A stretch of DNA of 56,021 nucleotides from Streptosporangiaceae bacterium (GCA_050699055.1 JBOHCT010000002.1:1-56021), one strand, 5' to 3'. Shown: positions 42,888-52,440, numbered from the stretch's first letter. Notes: generated from the sequence alone by a model not told the origin. Numbers and translations are program-made.

Positions 42888-44024
42888 TCAGTCGTGCTCG
42901 TGAATGAGCACACCGCGAATGTTCTTGCCGTCCAACAGGTCCCGATAGCCATCGTTGAGCTGGTCCAGCCGGTACCGACGGGTGATCAGCTCGTCGAGCT
43001 TGACATCGCCGGACCGGTACAGCCCGAGCAGCTTCGGGATGTCGCGCAGCGGGTTCGACGCACCGAAAAGCGCGCCCTGGACGCGTTTCTGCCAGCCGGT
43101 CAGCGGGCTGCCAGGGAGCTGGATCGTCATCTCCCCTGGATCGCCGACCGCGGTGATGATCACCTTGCTGGTCTTGCCGACCATGTCCACCGCCTGCCGC
43201 ACGACCTGCGCGTCGAGCACCCCTACGGTGAGGATCGCGTGGTCGGCGAGCTGCCCGCGGGTGAGCTCCACCACCAGCTCCTGGGCCTGGGCCGGGTCAG
43301 AGGCGACATGTGTGGCGCCGAACTTCTGCGCCGTCTCCAGCTTGAACTCGACCGGGTCGATCGCGACCACGTTCTTCGCCCCCGCGTAACGCGCCCCCTG
43401 TACCGCGTTCATGCCGACACCGCCGATACCGAACACCACGACCGTGTCGCCCGCACGCACGCCGGCCGCGTTCACCGCGGAGCCCCAGCCGGTGGGCACG
43501 CCACAGCCCACCAGGGCGGCCACGTCGAACGGAATGTCGTTCTCGATCCTGACACATGACCATTCGGAGACGACCGCACGCCGGGAGAACGTCCCGAGCA
43601 TGCAGAAGCCACCGAGATCCCGGCCGTTTTCGTGGAAACGGAACGTGCCGTCCGGCATACAGCCGACCCCGACGTTCTTTCCCTCGTCACAAAGGTTCTG
43701 ATGGCCCGTCGAACAGTAGCGGCACGTCCCGCAGACCGGCACGTACGAGCAGACGACATGGTCGCCCTCCGCGACTCGGGTGACACCGGGCCCGACGGCC
43801 AGCACCACGCCGGATCCCTCGTGTCCGCCGACGAAAGGGACTCGTACGTGGCCGCTGGCGGCCCGCACGTGCTCGTCGGAATGGCACAACCCGGCCGCCA
43901 TGAAGCGGATGAGGACCTCGTTCGCCTTCGGCGCGTCCAGGTCGAGCTCGGCGAGCTCCCACGACTGACCCGGCTTACGCAGAACCGCCGCCTCGGTGGT
44001 GTACGCACTCATTGTCTTCAGCAC
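42888..44024 (-). CDS. Zn-dependent alcohol dehydrogenase, paralog 2 (roughly 75% identical by eye to 24684-25808)
   Basis: 'GLCHSDEH', 'GHEGSGVVLAVG', 'CGTCRYCSTGHQNLC' and 'GYRDLLDGKNIRGVLIH'. Start is 44024 or 44012. Confidence 0.9.
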   Translation of the reverse strand: MLKTMSAYTTEAAVLRKPGQSWELAELDLDAPKANEVLIRFMAAGLCHSDEHVRAASGHVRVPFVGGHEGSGVVLAVGPGVTRVAEGDHVVCSYVPVCGTCRYCSTGHQNLCDEGKNVGVGCMPDGTFRFHENGRDLGGFCMLGTFSRRAVVSEWSCVRIENDIPFDVAALVGCGVPTGWGSAVNAAGVRAGDTVVVFGIGGVGMNAVQGARYAGAKNVVAIDPVEFKLETAQKFGATHVASDPAQAQELVVELTRGQLADHAILTVGVLDAQVVRQAVDMVGKTSKVIITAVGDPGEMTIQLPGSPLTGWQKRVQGALFGASNPLRDIPKLLGLYRSGDVKLDELITRRYRLDQLNDGYRDLLDGKNIRGVLIHEHD

Positions 44025-44220
44025 CCTTTCGGCCTCGTCACATACCGCCCTTGATGATGACCCTCTTCAGCTGGGTGTACTCCACGATCGAGTCGGCGCT
44101 CGACGATGACGCTGGCGCTGCCTCCTCCCGTCTCGTGCGGCTCACTGGTCGGGCGGGGTAGGGACACGTATCGGGGTCGCTTCACAGCGGGCCATTGGTA
44201 GGTCCCACGACTCGGAAATA

Positions 44221-44232
44221 GACGACCGTCAA
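44221..44232 (-). promoter_or_regulatory. Core 12-mer GACGACCGTCAA, copy c, upstream of ADH paralog 2
   Basis: Exact 12-mer. Flanked by a shortened version of the CCCAC..CGAC half (44204-44211). Confidence 0.45.
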
Positions 44233-44590
44233 CGAAGTCGTACCGCATTCGGTTCAGCGGCGTCAAGGGGGGAGGCGGTGCCTTCCAGCCGCGCACGCAG
44301 GTGGCCGCCTCGCGGCCAGTCCACGACAGCACCGTGTGCTCCGACGGGACGCACCAGACCGTCCGCTGGGCGGTTGAGATCCACTAATGGGAGACTGTGA
44401 CGGCCGTCATCAATTCGTCGCGTAAGGGGCCTCCGGTATGGGCAGGCCGGTACCCCTCCGCGGGACCCTTCCGAGGCAACCACCTCGCAGATGGGTCCCC
44501 CTGCCGCCCACATGGTCACCGCGTGCGGTCAGGACGGGCAGAATACCGGCCGCCCGGACCACTGTGACGGATCTCGGGGGCGAGCTCCGA

Positions 44591-45472
44591 TCAGGACGTC
44601 GGTTGGAGAACGAAGTCGTACCTGGCATCGAGATAAGGCTCCGCGGACTCACCGCCGGCGGGGGTCGTTCCCGGCTCCCTCGGCTCGAACGGGACCACCA
44701 GCGCGTCCTTGGTACCGAAGACGACGTCGCTGTCGAGGTACTCCGCGCCCTCGCGGAAGAGGTGCGTGGTGAGCGGCTCGTAGCCGGGCACGTCGATGCG
44801 GAAGTGCACGTGGGCGGGGCGGAACTGGCTGATCGCCGTGCGCCTCATCAAGCCGCCGACAGTGCCGTCCATCGGGATCGAGTAGCCGCAGGGGGCGATC
44901 GTCCGCACGCAGTAGCCGCCGTCGCCGCGGCTGGCGTACTTGGCACGCAGCCTGGCCTCGTCGACCTCCGGAATCTGCGACTCGTAGAACCCCTCGGCGT
45001 TCGCCTGCCAGACGTCGAGCACGGCGTCTGGCACCGGGTTGCCGTCGAGGTCCCGCACCGTCCCGCTGACGAACAGCCGCTGTCCCGGCGCTCCTTGGGA
45101 CATGTCGCCGCCGTAGGGCAGCGGGGGCGAGCCGTCGATGTGGAACGGCCCGAGGACGGTGGCCGGAGTGGCCCTCTCGCTCAGGCGGTGGTTCATCTGA
45201 ACCACTAGCATGCTGAGCCCGAGGACGTCGGACGCCAGGATGAACTCCTGCCGCTTGTCGTCGCACAGCTGACCCGTGGCCGTCAGCCACTCGATGGCGG
45301 CCGACCACTCATCCTCGCTGAGCTGAACCTCGCGCGCGAAGGCGTGCAGGTGCCGCACGAGCGAGGTCATGATCTCGGCCAGCCGTCGGGGGTCGGCGGT
45401 CGCCCACCGCTCCGCGGCGAAGTCGGTAATGTTCTCCTCGGTGACCAGTCTCATGGGTCCTCCCGGCGACAT
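44591..45472 (-). CDS. Intradiol ring-cleavage dioxygenase (hydroxyquinol/catechol 1,2-dioxygenase type)
   Basis: An N-terminal dioxygenase_N helix region, plus 'GTVRDLDGNPVPDAVLDVWQANAEGFY' and 'RPAHVHF'. Confidence 0.88.
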   Translation of the reverse strand: MSPGGPMRLVTEENITDFAAERWATADPRRLAEIMTSLVRHLHAFAREVQLSEDEWSAAIEWLTATGQLCDDKRQEFILASDVLGLSMLVVQMNHRLSERATPATVLGPFHIDGSPPLPYGGDMSQGAPGQRLFVSGTVRDLDGNPVPDAVLDVWQANAEGFYESQIPEVDEARLRAKYASRGDGGYCVRTIAPCGYSIPMDGTVGGLMRRTAISQFRPAHVHFRIDVPGYEPLTTHLFREGAEYLDSDVVFGTKDALVVPFEPREPGTTPAGGESAEPYLDARYDFVLQPTS

Positions 45473-45497
45473 CCTGTCCCTCGGGCGGCGTCGCGGT

Positions 45498-46640
45498 CTA
45501 CCCCCACACCTCCCGCGCGGTCTCGACGATCAGTCGGAGCTTGGCGACCTCCTCGTCGTAGGTGAGCCGGTTGCCCTCGACGGTGGAGGAGAACCCGCAC
45601 TGCGGCGAGAGACACAGCTGCTCGAGCGGAATGTAGCGGCTGGCCTCGTCGATCCGGCGCTTCAGCTCGTCCTTGCTCTCGAGCTCGCCGCGCTTGGTCG
45701 TGACCAGCCCGAGGACGACCACCTTGTCCTTGGGCACGAAGCGCAGCGGCTCGAAGCCTCCGGAGCGCGGGTCGTCGTACTCGAGGAAGAAGCCGTCGAC
45801 GTTCAGCTCGCTGAAAACCGCCTCCGCCACAAAGTCGTATCCGCCTTCCGCCACCCACGACGACTGGAAGTTGCCGCGGCACATGTGCGTGGTGACGGTC
45901 ATGTCCTTCGGCTTGTCCGCGAGGGCGGCGTTGATCTGTCGTATGTAGCGCAGATGTTGGTGTTCGGCGTCGCCCCCCAACTTCGCCACCTGCTCGCGCT
46001 GCCGTGGGTCGTTCAGGTAGGCGAGACTCGTGTCGTCGAACTGCAGATAGGCGCAGCCGAGATCGTGCAGCCTCGCCACCTCCGCCGCGTACGCGGCGCT
46101 GAGGTCGTCCCAGAACCCGTCGAGCGTCGGGTAGAGGTCAGGATCGACGGCCGCGCGCCCACCCCGGTAGTGGACCATGCTCGGGGAGGGGATGGTCAGC
46201 TTGGGCGTGACGCCGCGCCCCGTGTCGCGGAGCAGGTCGCGAAGGAACGTGAAAGCGTCGCCGAAGATGGTCTTGCTGAGCCCGACCCTGCCGTCGACCT
46301 TGAGCGACGCGGGAGTGAACTCCAACGTGCCGTCCGCGTTGCGGAACTCCACCGTGAGGGTCTCGTCGGACTTGGTGACCCCGTCGAGCTGGTAGATGAA
46401 GTCCATGTGCCACGAGGCGCGGCGGAACTCGCCGTCGGTGGCGGACCGCAGGCCGACATCCTCCTGCATCGCGACGACGGACCGGATGGCGTCGTCTTCC
46501 GCGGCCCGCAGGGCATCGGCGCTGATCTGGCCGGCGTCGTAGTCGTCGCGGGCACCCCGCAGATCCTTGGGGCGCAGCAGGCTCCCCACGTGGTCGGCGC
46601 GAAACGGTGGTGTGTTTCTGCTGGGCATGGCACTCCCCAT
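45498..46640 (-). CDS. Cobalamin-independent methionine synthase II family protein (MetE C-terminal-domain-like, YxjG/YxjH type)
   Basis: 'PPFRADHVGSLLRP', 'LQFDDTSLAYL', 'HMCRGN' and 'LCLSPQCGFSS'. Confidence 0.85.
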   Translation of the reverse strand: MGSAMPSRNTPPFRADHVGSLLRPKDLRGARDDYDAGQISADALRAAEDDAIRSVVAMQEDVGLRSATDGEFRRASWHMDFIYQLDGVTKSDETLTVEFRNADGTLEFTPASLKVDGRVGLSKTIFGDAFTFLRDLLRDTGRGVTPKLTIPSPSMVHYRGGRAAVDPDLYPTLDGFWDDLSAAYAAEVARLHDLGCAYLQFDDTSLAYLNDPRQREQVAKLGGDAEHQHLRYIRQINAALADKPKDMTVTTHMCRGNFQSSWVAEGGYDFVAEAVFSELNVDGFFLEYDDPRSGGFEPLRFVPKDKVVVLGLVTTKRGELESKDELKRRIDEASRYIPLEQLCLSPQCGFSSTVEGNRLTYDEEVAKLRLIVETAREVWG

Positions 46641-46656
46641 GTGACGGTACGTGACG

Positions 46657-47877
46657 TCAGTCAGACAGCGACGAGAGCCGCCGTTTCTGCCAGTTGGTGG
46701 GCACGAAATCGCCGTCCTTCACCTTGTCGACGGCGATGTCGTCGTAGGTGAGCCCCGAGTGGTCCTCGGGTGTGTAGTTGTACTCGCCATTCGGCGTGAG
46801 CAACGTCAGATGCTCCAACGCGGCCTGGACTTTCTCGGGGTCGGTGCTTCCCGCCTTCTTCATCGCCCCGGCGAGCAGCATGACCGCGCTGTAGCCGTCC
46901 ATGCCGAACTGGGGAGGGTAGTAGTCGTACTTCTTCTCGAACGGCTTGGCGAGCCGCATGACCGTCTTCTTCAGGTCGCCGTCCGGCAGGTCGGGCCCGA
47001 TGACGCCGATCGAGCTGTTGAGGATGACGCCCTCGGCGGCCTTACCCGCCGGCCGCGTGTACAGCGTGCTCGCCTCGGCGCCGGTCATGATCAACGGCAT
47101 CGGCATGTCGGCCGCGCCGAACTGCTTGGTGATGATCACCGCCGGCGTGCCCGTCGCCCACACCAACAGCCCGTCAGCCCCACTGTCACGAATGTGGGTG
47201 AGCACCGAGCTGAAGTCGGTCGTGGTCGTCTCGAACCGCTCCGTGTCCACGAGGTCGACGCCGTACCGACCAGCCATCTTCTTCGTCGCCTTGTAACCGG
47301 TTGTCGCGTAGGAGCTCTTCTCGTCGTAGGCCATGGCGATCTTGGTCTTGCCCGTGGCCTTGAAGTAGCGCAGCAGGCTCTCAGCGTAGGCCGCCGAGGT
47401 CGCGGGCGCCATGAACACGTACGGACGGACCGGGTGTACCTGCTGGTCGGACGCGGCGGTCGAGAGGTACGGGATCTTCTCGCGCTGCGCCAGCGGGATC
47501 GTCGCCAGCGCCGAGTTGGAGAACGACGAACCCACGACCGCGTCGGCGCCCCGGCCCACGAGGTCCTTGAAGGCGATGACCGACTGGTCGGGCTCGGTCT
47601 TGTCGTCCCTGACGACGATCTTCAGCTTCCGGCCGAGAACGCCGCCGGCGTCGTTGATCTGCTTCACCGCCAGCGCGGCGGCCTTGCGGTCGTTGGTGCC
47701 CAGCGGCGTGTAGTTACCCGTGAGAGACGCGATCTGGCCCAGCACGATCGGCTCGCTGTTCTTGGACCCTCCGCCGCCACCCGCCGCGCCTCCGCAGGCG
47801 ACAGGGAGGGCAAGGGTCACCGTCAGGACGACGACGCCAAACGGCTTGCCGAGGAGCCTGCCGACGGGCTTACGCAT
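46657..47877 (-). CDS. ABC transporter substrate-binding lipoprotein (LivJ / branched-chain amino-acid type)
   Basis: Lipobox 'LALPVACGG'. 'IVLGQIASLTGNYTPLGTNDRKAAALAVKQINDAGGVLGRKLKIVVRDD'. Confidence 0.85.
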   Translation of the reverse strand: MRKPVGRLLGKPFGVVVLTVTLALPVACGGAAGGGGGSKNSEPIVLGQIASLTGNYTPLGTNDRKAAALAVKQINDAGGVLGRKLKIVVRDDKTEPDQSVIAFKDLVGRGADAVVGSSFSNSALATIPLAQREKIPYLSTAASDQQVHPVRPYVFMAPATSAAYAESLLRYFKATGKTKIAMAYDEKSSYATTGYKATKKMAGRYGVDLVDTERFETTTTDFSSVLTHIRDSGADGLLVWATGTPAVIITKQFGAADMPMPLIMTGAEASTLYTRPAGKAAEGVILNSSIGVIGPDLPDGDLKKTVMRLAKPFEKKYDYYPPQFGMDGYSAVMLLAGAMKKAGSTDPEKVQAALEHLTLLTPNGEYNYTPEDHSGLTYDDIAVDKVKDGDFVPTNWQKRRLSSLSD

Positions 47878-47948
47878 GGCTGCCTCCTCGGTCCGTCACC
47901 CACGACGCGGCACGACCGCAAACCATGTGGGCCATGCATGACTCCAAC

Positions 47949-47983
47949 CTGACGGTCGACGCAGAAATAGTCGTACTTGGTAG
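47949..47983 (+). promoter_or_regulatory. Variant copy e of the conserved element, opposite orientation (CTGACGGTCGAC-N9-GTCGTACTTGGTAG)
   Basis: Lies in the divergent region between the LivJ-type SBP and LysR genes. It matches the minus-strand reading of copies a and b, with 2 mismatches in the 12-mer. Confidence 0.35.
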
Positions 47984-48152
47984 CTCGTATGCCTGTCAAG
48001 GACGGGGTGACGGTGCCGGTGGCGCGTCCGACACAGCCGGGCGACCGCCTTGTCTCCCATGCCGGGTGTGGACACGAGCGATCATAGACGCGACCCCTCG
48101 ACGGGGTCACCGCGATCTCGAGCGGTTGTCACGGGCGAGGACCTGCCATTGG

Positions 48153-49103
48153 ATGAGTCGGGTGGATCGTCCTACCGCGCGTCTCGCGAACCTCGACCTC
48201 AACCTGCTCGTCGCGCTGCGGGAACTCATCCGCGAGCGAAACGTCACCCGGGCCGCCGAGTGTCTCGGCGTCACGCAGCCCGCGGCCAGCGCTGCACTGG
48301 CCCGCCTGCGCAGACACTTCGGAGACGAGCTGCTGGTGCGCGGGAAGGGCGGGTACGTGCTCACCCCGCTCGCGAAGCAACTGGGGGAGCAGGTCGAAAC
48401 GGTGTGCGGGGCGGCAGAACGCCTCTTCGCCACGAGTAGGTGCTTCGATCCCGCCACCTCGGGCCGCGAGTTCACCCTCCTCATGGCCGACTACACGATC
48501 GCCGTCATGGGAGAGCGACTGTCGCAGCTGGTCCACGAGACGGCACCACGGCTGCGCCTGCACGTCAGGCTGGTCAGGGAGTCACTCGCGGCCGAGTACA
48601 CCGAGATCATCCGTTTCATCGACGGCATCGTGTCGCCGCCGATGAGTCGCTTCCGGATGCCGAACATCAGGTCTGTCGAGCTCTTCCGCGACAGGTGGGT
48701 CTGCGTCGTGTCCGCCACGAACCGGACGCTTTCCACCGACTCTCTCCGCCTGGACGACCTCGACCGCTTGTCCTGGGTCGCGCCTTACCACCAGGATCCT
48801 GGTCATCCTTCGGCCGCCCCCATCACGCGCCAGCTCACGCTGCTCGGCATCCGGCCTCGCGTGGCGGTGCGCGTGGAGAGCTACCTGGCGGTGCCCCACT
48901 TCGTCGCGGGCACCGACCGGATCGCGCTGATGCAGGAACGCCTCGCCGTGAAGTTCGCCGACCCGATGGGCCTGCGAGTCCTGGAGTGTCCGGGCGAGCC
49001 GGAGCCCATCGTCGAGGCGCTGTGGTGGCACGACTACTACGAGGACGACGCGGCCCATGCCTGGCTGCGGCAACTCGCCGTGCGGGCTACGCGGGGGCTG
49101 TGA
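48153..49103 (+). CDS. LysR family transcriptional regulator
   Basis: Start ATG 48153, 'LDLNLLVALRELIRERNVTRAAECLGVTQPAASAALARLRRHFGDELLVR'. Confidence 0.88.
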   Translation: MSRVDRPTARLANLDLNLLVALRELIRERNVTRAAECLGVTQPAASAALARLRRHFGDELLVRGKGGYVLTPLAKQLGEQVETVCGAAERLFATSRCFDPATSGREFTLLMADYTIAVMGERLSQLVHETAPRLRLHVRLVRESLAAEYTEIIRFIDGIVSPPMSRFRMPNIRSVELFRDRWVCVVSATNRTLSTDSLRLDDLDRLSWVAPYHQDPGHPSAAPITRQLTLLGIRPRVAVRVESYLAVPHFVAGTDRIALMQERLAVKFADPMGLRVLECPGEPEPIVEALWWHDYYEDDAAHAWLRQLAVRATRGL

Positions 49104-49158
49104 GCCCCCGCGACGGGGGCCGAGACGCACAGCAATCAATCACATTTATACGGAGCAG

Positions 49159-49171
49159 ACAAATTGTTTGT
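49159..49171. promoter_or_regulatory. Palindrome ACAAA-TTG-TTTGT (LysR-box-like) upstream of the FAD oxidoreductase operon
   Basis: Seen directly in a locally AT-rich spacer. Confidence 0.35.
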
Positions 49172-49268
49172 TTCCATGCGCGACGGGGCCGTTTCTATTG
49201 TACGAGCAGGCGCGACGAAGCGTACGCGGCAGGCAACACGGAGTCACAGTCGAGCACCGGGAACGGCG

Positions 49269-50555
49269 ATGCCTCATCCGCTGACCGAGGTGAAGGTCAA
49301 CACCGTCACCAAGCCTGCCGCCGCACCCACACGCGAGGTCGAGGCCGACGTGTGCGTCGTCGGCGCGGGCGTCGCCGGCGTATCGGCCGCGGTCGAGTCC
49401 GCGCGCCTCGGACATGACGTCGTCCTGGTGGACGCGCTCCCCGTGCTCGGCGGGCAGATGGTCAACTCGCTGATCGGGCTCTTCTGCGGCGTCTTCGGGA
49501 ACGCCCCCGAGCACCGGCAGCTCACGCACGGGATCTTCGACGGCGTCTTCCGTGACCTCGGCGCGACCGGAGACCTGCACTTCCACCGCGGCCACACCAC
49601 GACGGTGCAGTACGACGAGGTGGCGCTCGGCCGGTGGGTGGAGACGACGATCCGCGGGCTGGGCGTGCAGGTCGTCTTGGGCACGGTCATCCAACGCGTC
49701 GACGTCTTCGACTCTCGCGTCCAGTCGATCTCGCTGGCCTCGCGCTACGGCGATGTCACGATCTCCGCCACGGGTTTCGTCGACGCCACCGGCGACGCAT
49801 CGCTCACCTGGGAGGCAGGGCTACCGTGCCGGGTCCCCGAACAGCCGATCTACGGCTCCCAGCAGGTCATCGTGGAGCATCTCGATGAGACCCACACGCC
49901 CGCCGCCGACGAGCTGGCCACCCGTCTCGGCGCGAAGGTCACGGAGTACGGGCTGGTGCGTCGTGACGGGCTGGCTTTCTTCTTCCCCACCCGGGCCACC
50001 GCGGTCTTGAACATGACCCACGTCGAGGCGCCCCTGGACCCCCTCCGGGCGTCTGAGGCGCAGCTCGCCGGGAAGGCGCAGGCCGACCGTGCCGTCGCGT
50101 TCCTGCGTTCGGAGTACCCGAAGGCGTTCGGCAACGTGCGGGTCCGGGCGTACGGGTATCCCGGTCGCCGCCAGACCCGGTGGATCAAGGGTCTGCACCA
50201 GCTCACCGTCGACGAGGTGCGGTCGGGTGCCCGGTTCGACGACGCCGTCGCACGCACGGCCTGGCCGATCGAGTTGCACGACCGCGCCGACGGCTACGTG
50301 TGGGAGATGTTCGACGCCGACCACGTGCACTACGTGCCGCTGCGCAGCATGATCCCGCCAGGCGTCCACAACCTCGTCGCCGCGGGACGCTGCGTCGACG
50401 GTGACGCCGCCGCGTTGTCCAGCGTCCGCGTCATGGGTCCGTGCGCCGCCATGGGCGCCGGAGCGGCCCACGCGCTCGACCTCGCCGGGAAGGAAAGCGT
50501 CCGCGACGTCGACGCTACCCGGCTGCACGAGCGGCTGCGGGCGAACCTCGAATGA
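49269..50555 (+). CDS. FAD-dependent oxidoreductase
   Basis: Start ATG 49269. Dinucleotide-binding motif 'DVCVVGAGVAGVSAAVESARLGHDVVLVDALPVLGGQM' and a late 'AAGRCVDGD' motif. Confidence 0.8.
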   Translation: MPHPLTEVKVNTVTKPAAAPTREVEADVCVVGAGVAGVSAAVESARLGHDVVLVDALPVLGGQMVNSLIGLFCGVFGNAPEHRQLTHGIFDGVFRDLGATGDLHFHRGHTTTVQYDEVALGRWVETTIRGLGVQVVLGTVIQRVDVFDSRVQSISLASRYGDVTISATGFVDATGDASLTWEAGLPCRVPEQPIYGSQQVIVEHLDETHTPAADELATRLGAKVTEYGLVRRDGLAFFFPTRATAVLNMTHVEAPLDPLRASEAQLAGKAQADRAVAFLRSEYPKAFGNVRVRAYGYPGRRQTRWIKGLHQLTVDEVRSGARFDDAVARTAWPIELHDRADGYVWEMFDADHVHYVPLRSMIPPGVHNLVAAGRCVDGDAAALSSVRVMGPCAAMGAGAAHALDLAGKESVRDVDATRLHERLRANLE

Positions 50556-50584
50556 GCGTCGCTGCCCGGTGAGGAGGAGTCGAG

Positions 50585-51940
50585 ATGCAGCTCGCCGACG
50601 ACGAGAGGGCCATGCTCGACGGGGCGGAAGGCCCCGCCGTGGCCGCGGCGATGAACCTGCTCGTCCGCTACGGCGAGGCGCTCGACTGCGAGCGCCTCTG
50701 CGAGGTGCGCAATGTGGCCGGGACGATGACGCAGCCGTCGCCGGCGAAGGTCAGGCTGGTGCGGCAGGGCGGGTGGCAGAAGGCGTATGCGGTCATCAAC
50801 CTCGACTGCGCCGACGACATCGAGATCCCTGACATGCGGGTGCCCACCTGTCAGCTCCAGCACGGCTTCGGGCCCGACGCGGAAGGCGTGGTGCCCTACC
50901 CGAAGGAGCTGATCCAGCTCCAGGACGACGCCGAGGCATTCTACGGGCGTCGCGGGGTGAGCATCCTGGCCACCTGCACGCCGTACCAGGTGGGCAACAT
51001 CCCGGTTCGGGACGAGCACTGCGCGTGGATGGAGTCGTCCGCGGTCGTGTACGCCAACTCGGTACTCGGCGCCCGGACGAACTGCGAGGGGACGGCGTCC
51101 ACCGGGGCCGCGGGCCTGACCGGCAAGATCCCCTGCTGGGGCAACCACCTGCCGGAGAACCGGCACGGCACCCACCTGGTGGACGTCCGCATTCCGGTCG
51201 ACGACTTCATGGAATGGGGGATGCTCGGCTACTTCGTCGGTGACCTGGTGCAGGAGGAGCGCCCCGTCGTCGTCGGCGACATCGCCCGGCCCGAGCTCGC
51301 CGACCTGAAGCACTTGGGCGCCGCGGCGGCGACGTCCGGCGGTGTCGAGCTGTACCACATACCCGGCGTCACGCCGGAGGCTCCGACACTGGAGTCGGCG
51401 TTCGGGGGTGGACCGATCCCGACGGCCGTCCCTTACGGTCCCCGCGAACGCCAAGCCGTCTACGCGGATCTCAACTCGCAGGGCTCGAGTACGGACGTCG
51501 ACTTCGTCCTCGCGGTGATCACGCTGCGTGGAAGGAAGGTGGTCCCCGGGGTCGCCGAAGGCGAGGCGCTCGTGTCGCACGAGACGATCTCCGGTTGGGG
51601 CGGCATCGCCCCGGAGAAGGGCACGATCATCGAGCGGCGGCACGAGCTGTTCGGCCAGTCCTTCGCCGGGAGGATCCTCGTGTTCCCCGGCGCCAAGGGC
51701 TCCTCCGGATGGTCCGGGTTCTTCCAGAGCACCCGGCTGATGGGTACCGCGCCACTCGGCATGATCTTCACGACCCTGAGCACGAAGGCAGCGCTCGGCG
51801 CTGTGGTCACCCGCGTTCCGACCGTAACGGCTCTCGATCATGACCCGATCGAGGTGATCGCGACCGGGGACTGGGTCCGTGTCGACGCCGACAGCGGCAC
51901 CGTCGAGGTCAAGCGGCCCAGTGGAGGTGGCGACCGATGA
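50585..51940 (+). CDS. Aconitase-X-like protein: DUF521-type catalytic domain fused to a DUF126-type swivel domain
   Basis: N-terminal 'ERAMLDGAEGPAVAAAMNLLVRYGEAL' is DUF521-like. C-terminal 'GRKVVPGVAEGEALVSHETISGWGGI...GRILVFPGAKGSSGWS' is DUF126-like. Confidence 0.6.
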   Translation: MQLADDERAMLDGAEGPAVAAAMNLLVRYGEALDCERLCEVRNVAGTMTQPSPAKVRLVRQGGWQKAYAVINLDCADDIEIPDMRVPTCQLQHGFGPDAEGVVPYPKELIQLQDDAEAFYGRRGVSILATCTPYQVGNIPVRDEHCAWMESSAVVYANSVLGARTNCEGTASTGAAGLTGKIPCWGNHLPENRHGTHLVDVRIPVDDFMEWGMLGYFVGDLVQEERPVVVGDIARPELADLKHLGAAAATSGGVELYHIPGVTPEAPTLESAFGGGPIPTAVPYGPRERQAVYADLNSQGSSTDVDFVLAVITLRGRKVVPGVAEGEALVSHETISGWGGIAPEKGTIIERRHELFGQSFAGRILVFPGAKGSSGWSGFFQSTRLMGTAPLGMIFTTLSTKAALGAVVTRVPTVTALDHDPIEVIATGDWVRVDADSGTVEVKRPSGGGDR

Positions 51941-52440
51941 AGGTCGTCGTGGCCAGGTTGCGGGATTTCAAGCCGGGAGAGCGGCGGATCGTCGAGGCCG
52001 GCCGCCGGTCCATCGGCGTCTTCCGGGTCGGCGACCGTTTCTACGCGATCAACAACCGCTGTCCGCACCAGGGCGGTCCCCTGTGCCTGGGCCGCACGCT
52101 GCCGTGGGTGCTGTCCGACGGGCCGGGCGAGTTCAACTTGGCGGACGGGGACGTGCTCCTGGCGTGCCCGTGGCACGGCTGGGAGTACGACCTGGCGACC
52201 GGACAGTCCTTCCTCGGGCCGGGTGAGGCGCCGGTGCGCGGTTACGAGGTGTCCGTCGAGTCGGGAGACGCCCTCGACACGGGCCCGGAGGTGGAGCGTC
52301 ACGGCCGGGTCCCCGGCCCGTACGTGGCCGAGACGTTCCCCGTGCGCGTGGCGGCGGAGAACGAGGAGGAGTACGTGGTCGTCGATACCCGATCGAACAC
52401 CCGCGAGCGGCAGCCGGGGCGGACAAGGGGGAACGCGTGA
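51937..52440 (+). CDS. Rieske [2Fe-2S] domain protein
   Basis: 'CPHQGGPL' and 'CPWHGWEYD'. ATGA overlap with the upstream gene. Confidence 0.88.
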   Translation: MKVVVARLRDFKPGERRIVEAGRRSIGVFRVGDRFYAINNRCPHQGGPLCLGRTLPWVLSDGPGEFNLADGDVLLACPWHGWEYDLATGQSFLGPGEAPVRGYEVSVESGDALDTGPEVERHGRVPGPYVAETFPVRVAAENEEEYVVVDTRSNTRERQPGRTRGNA

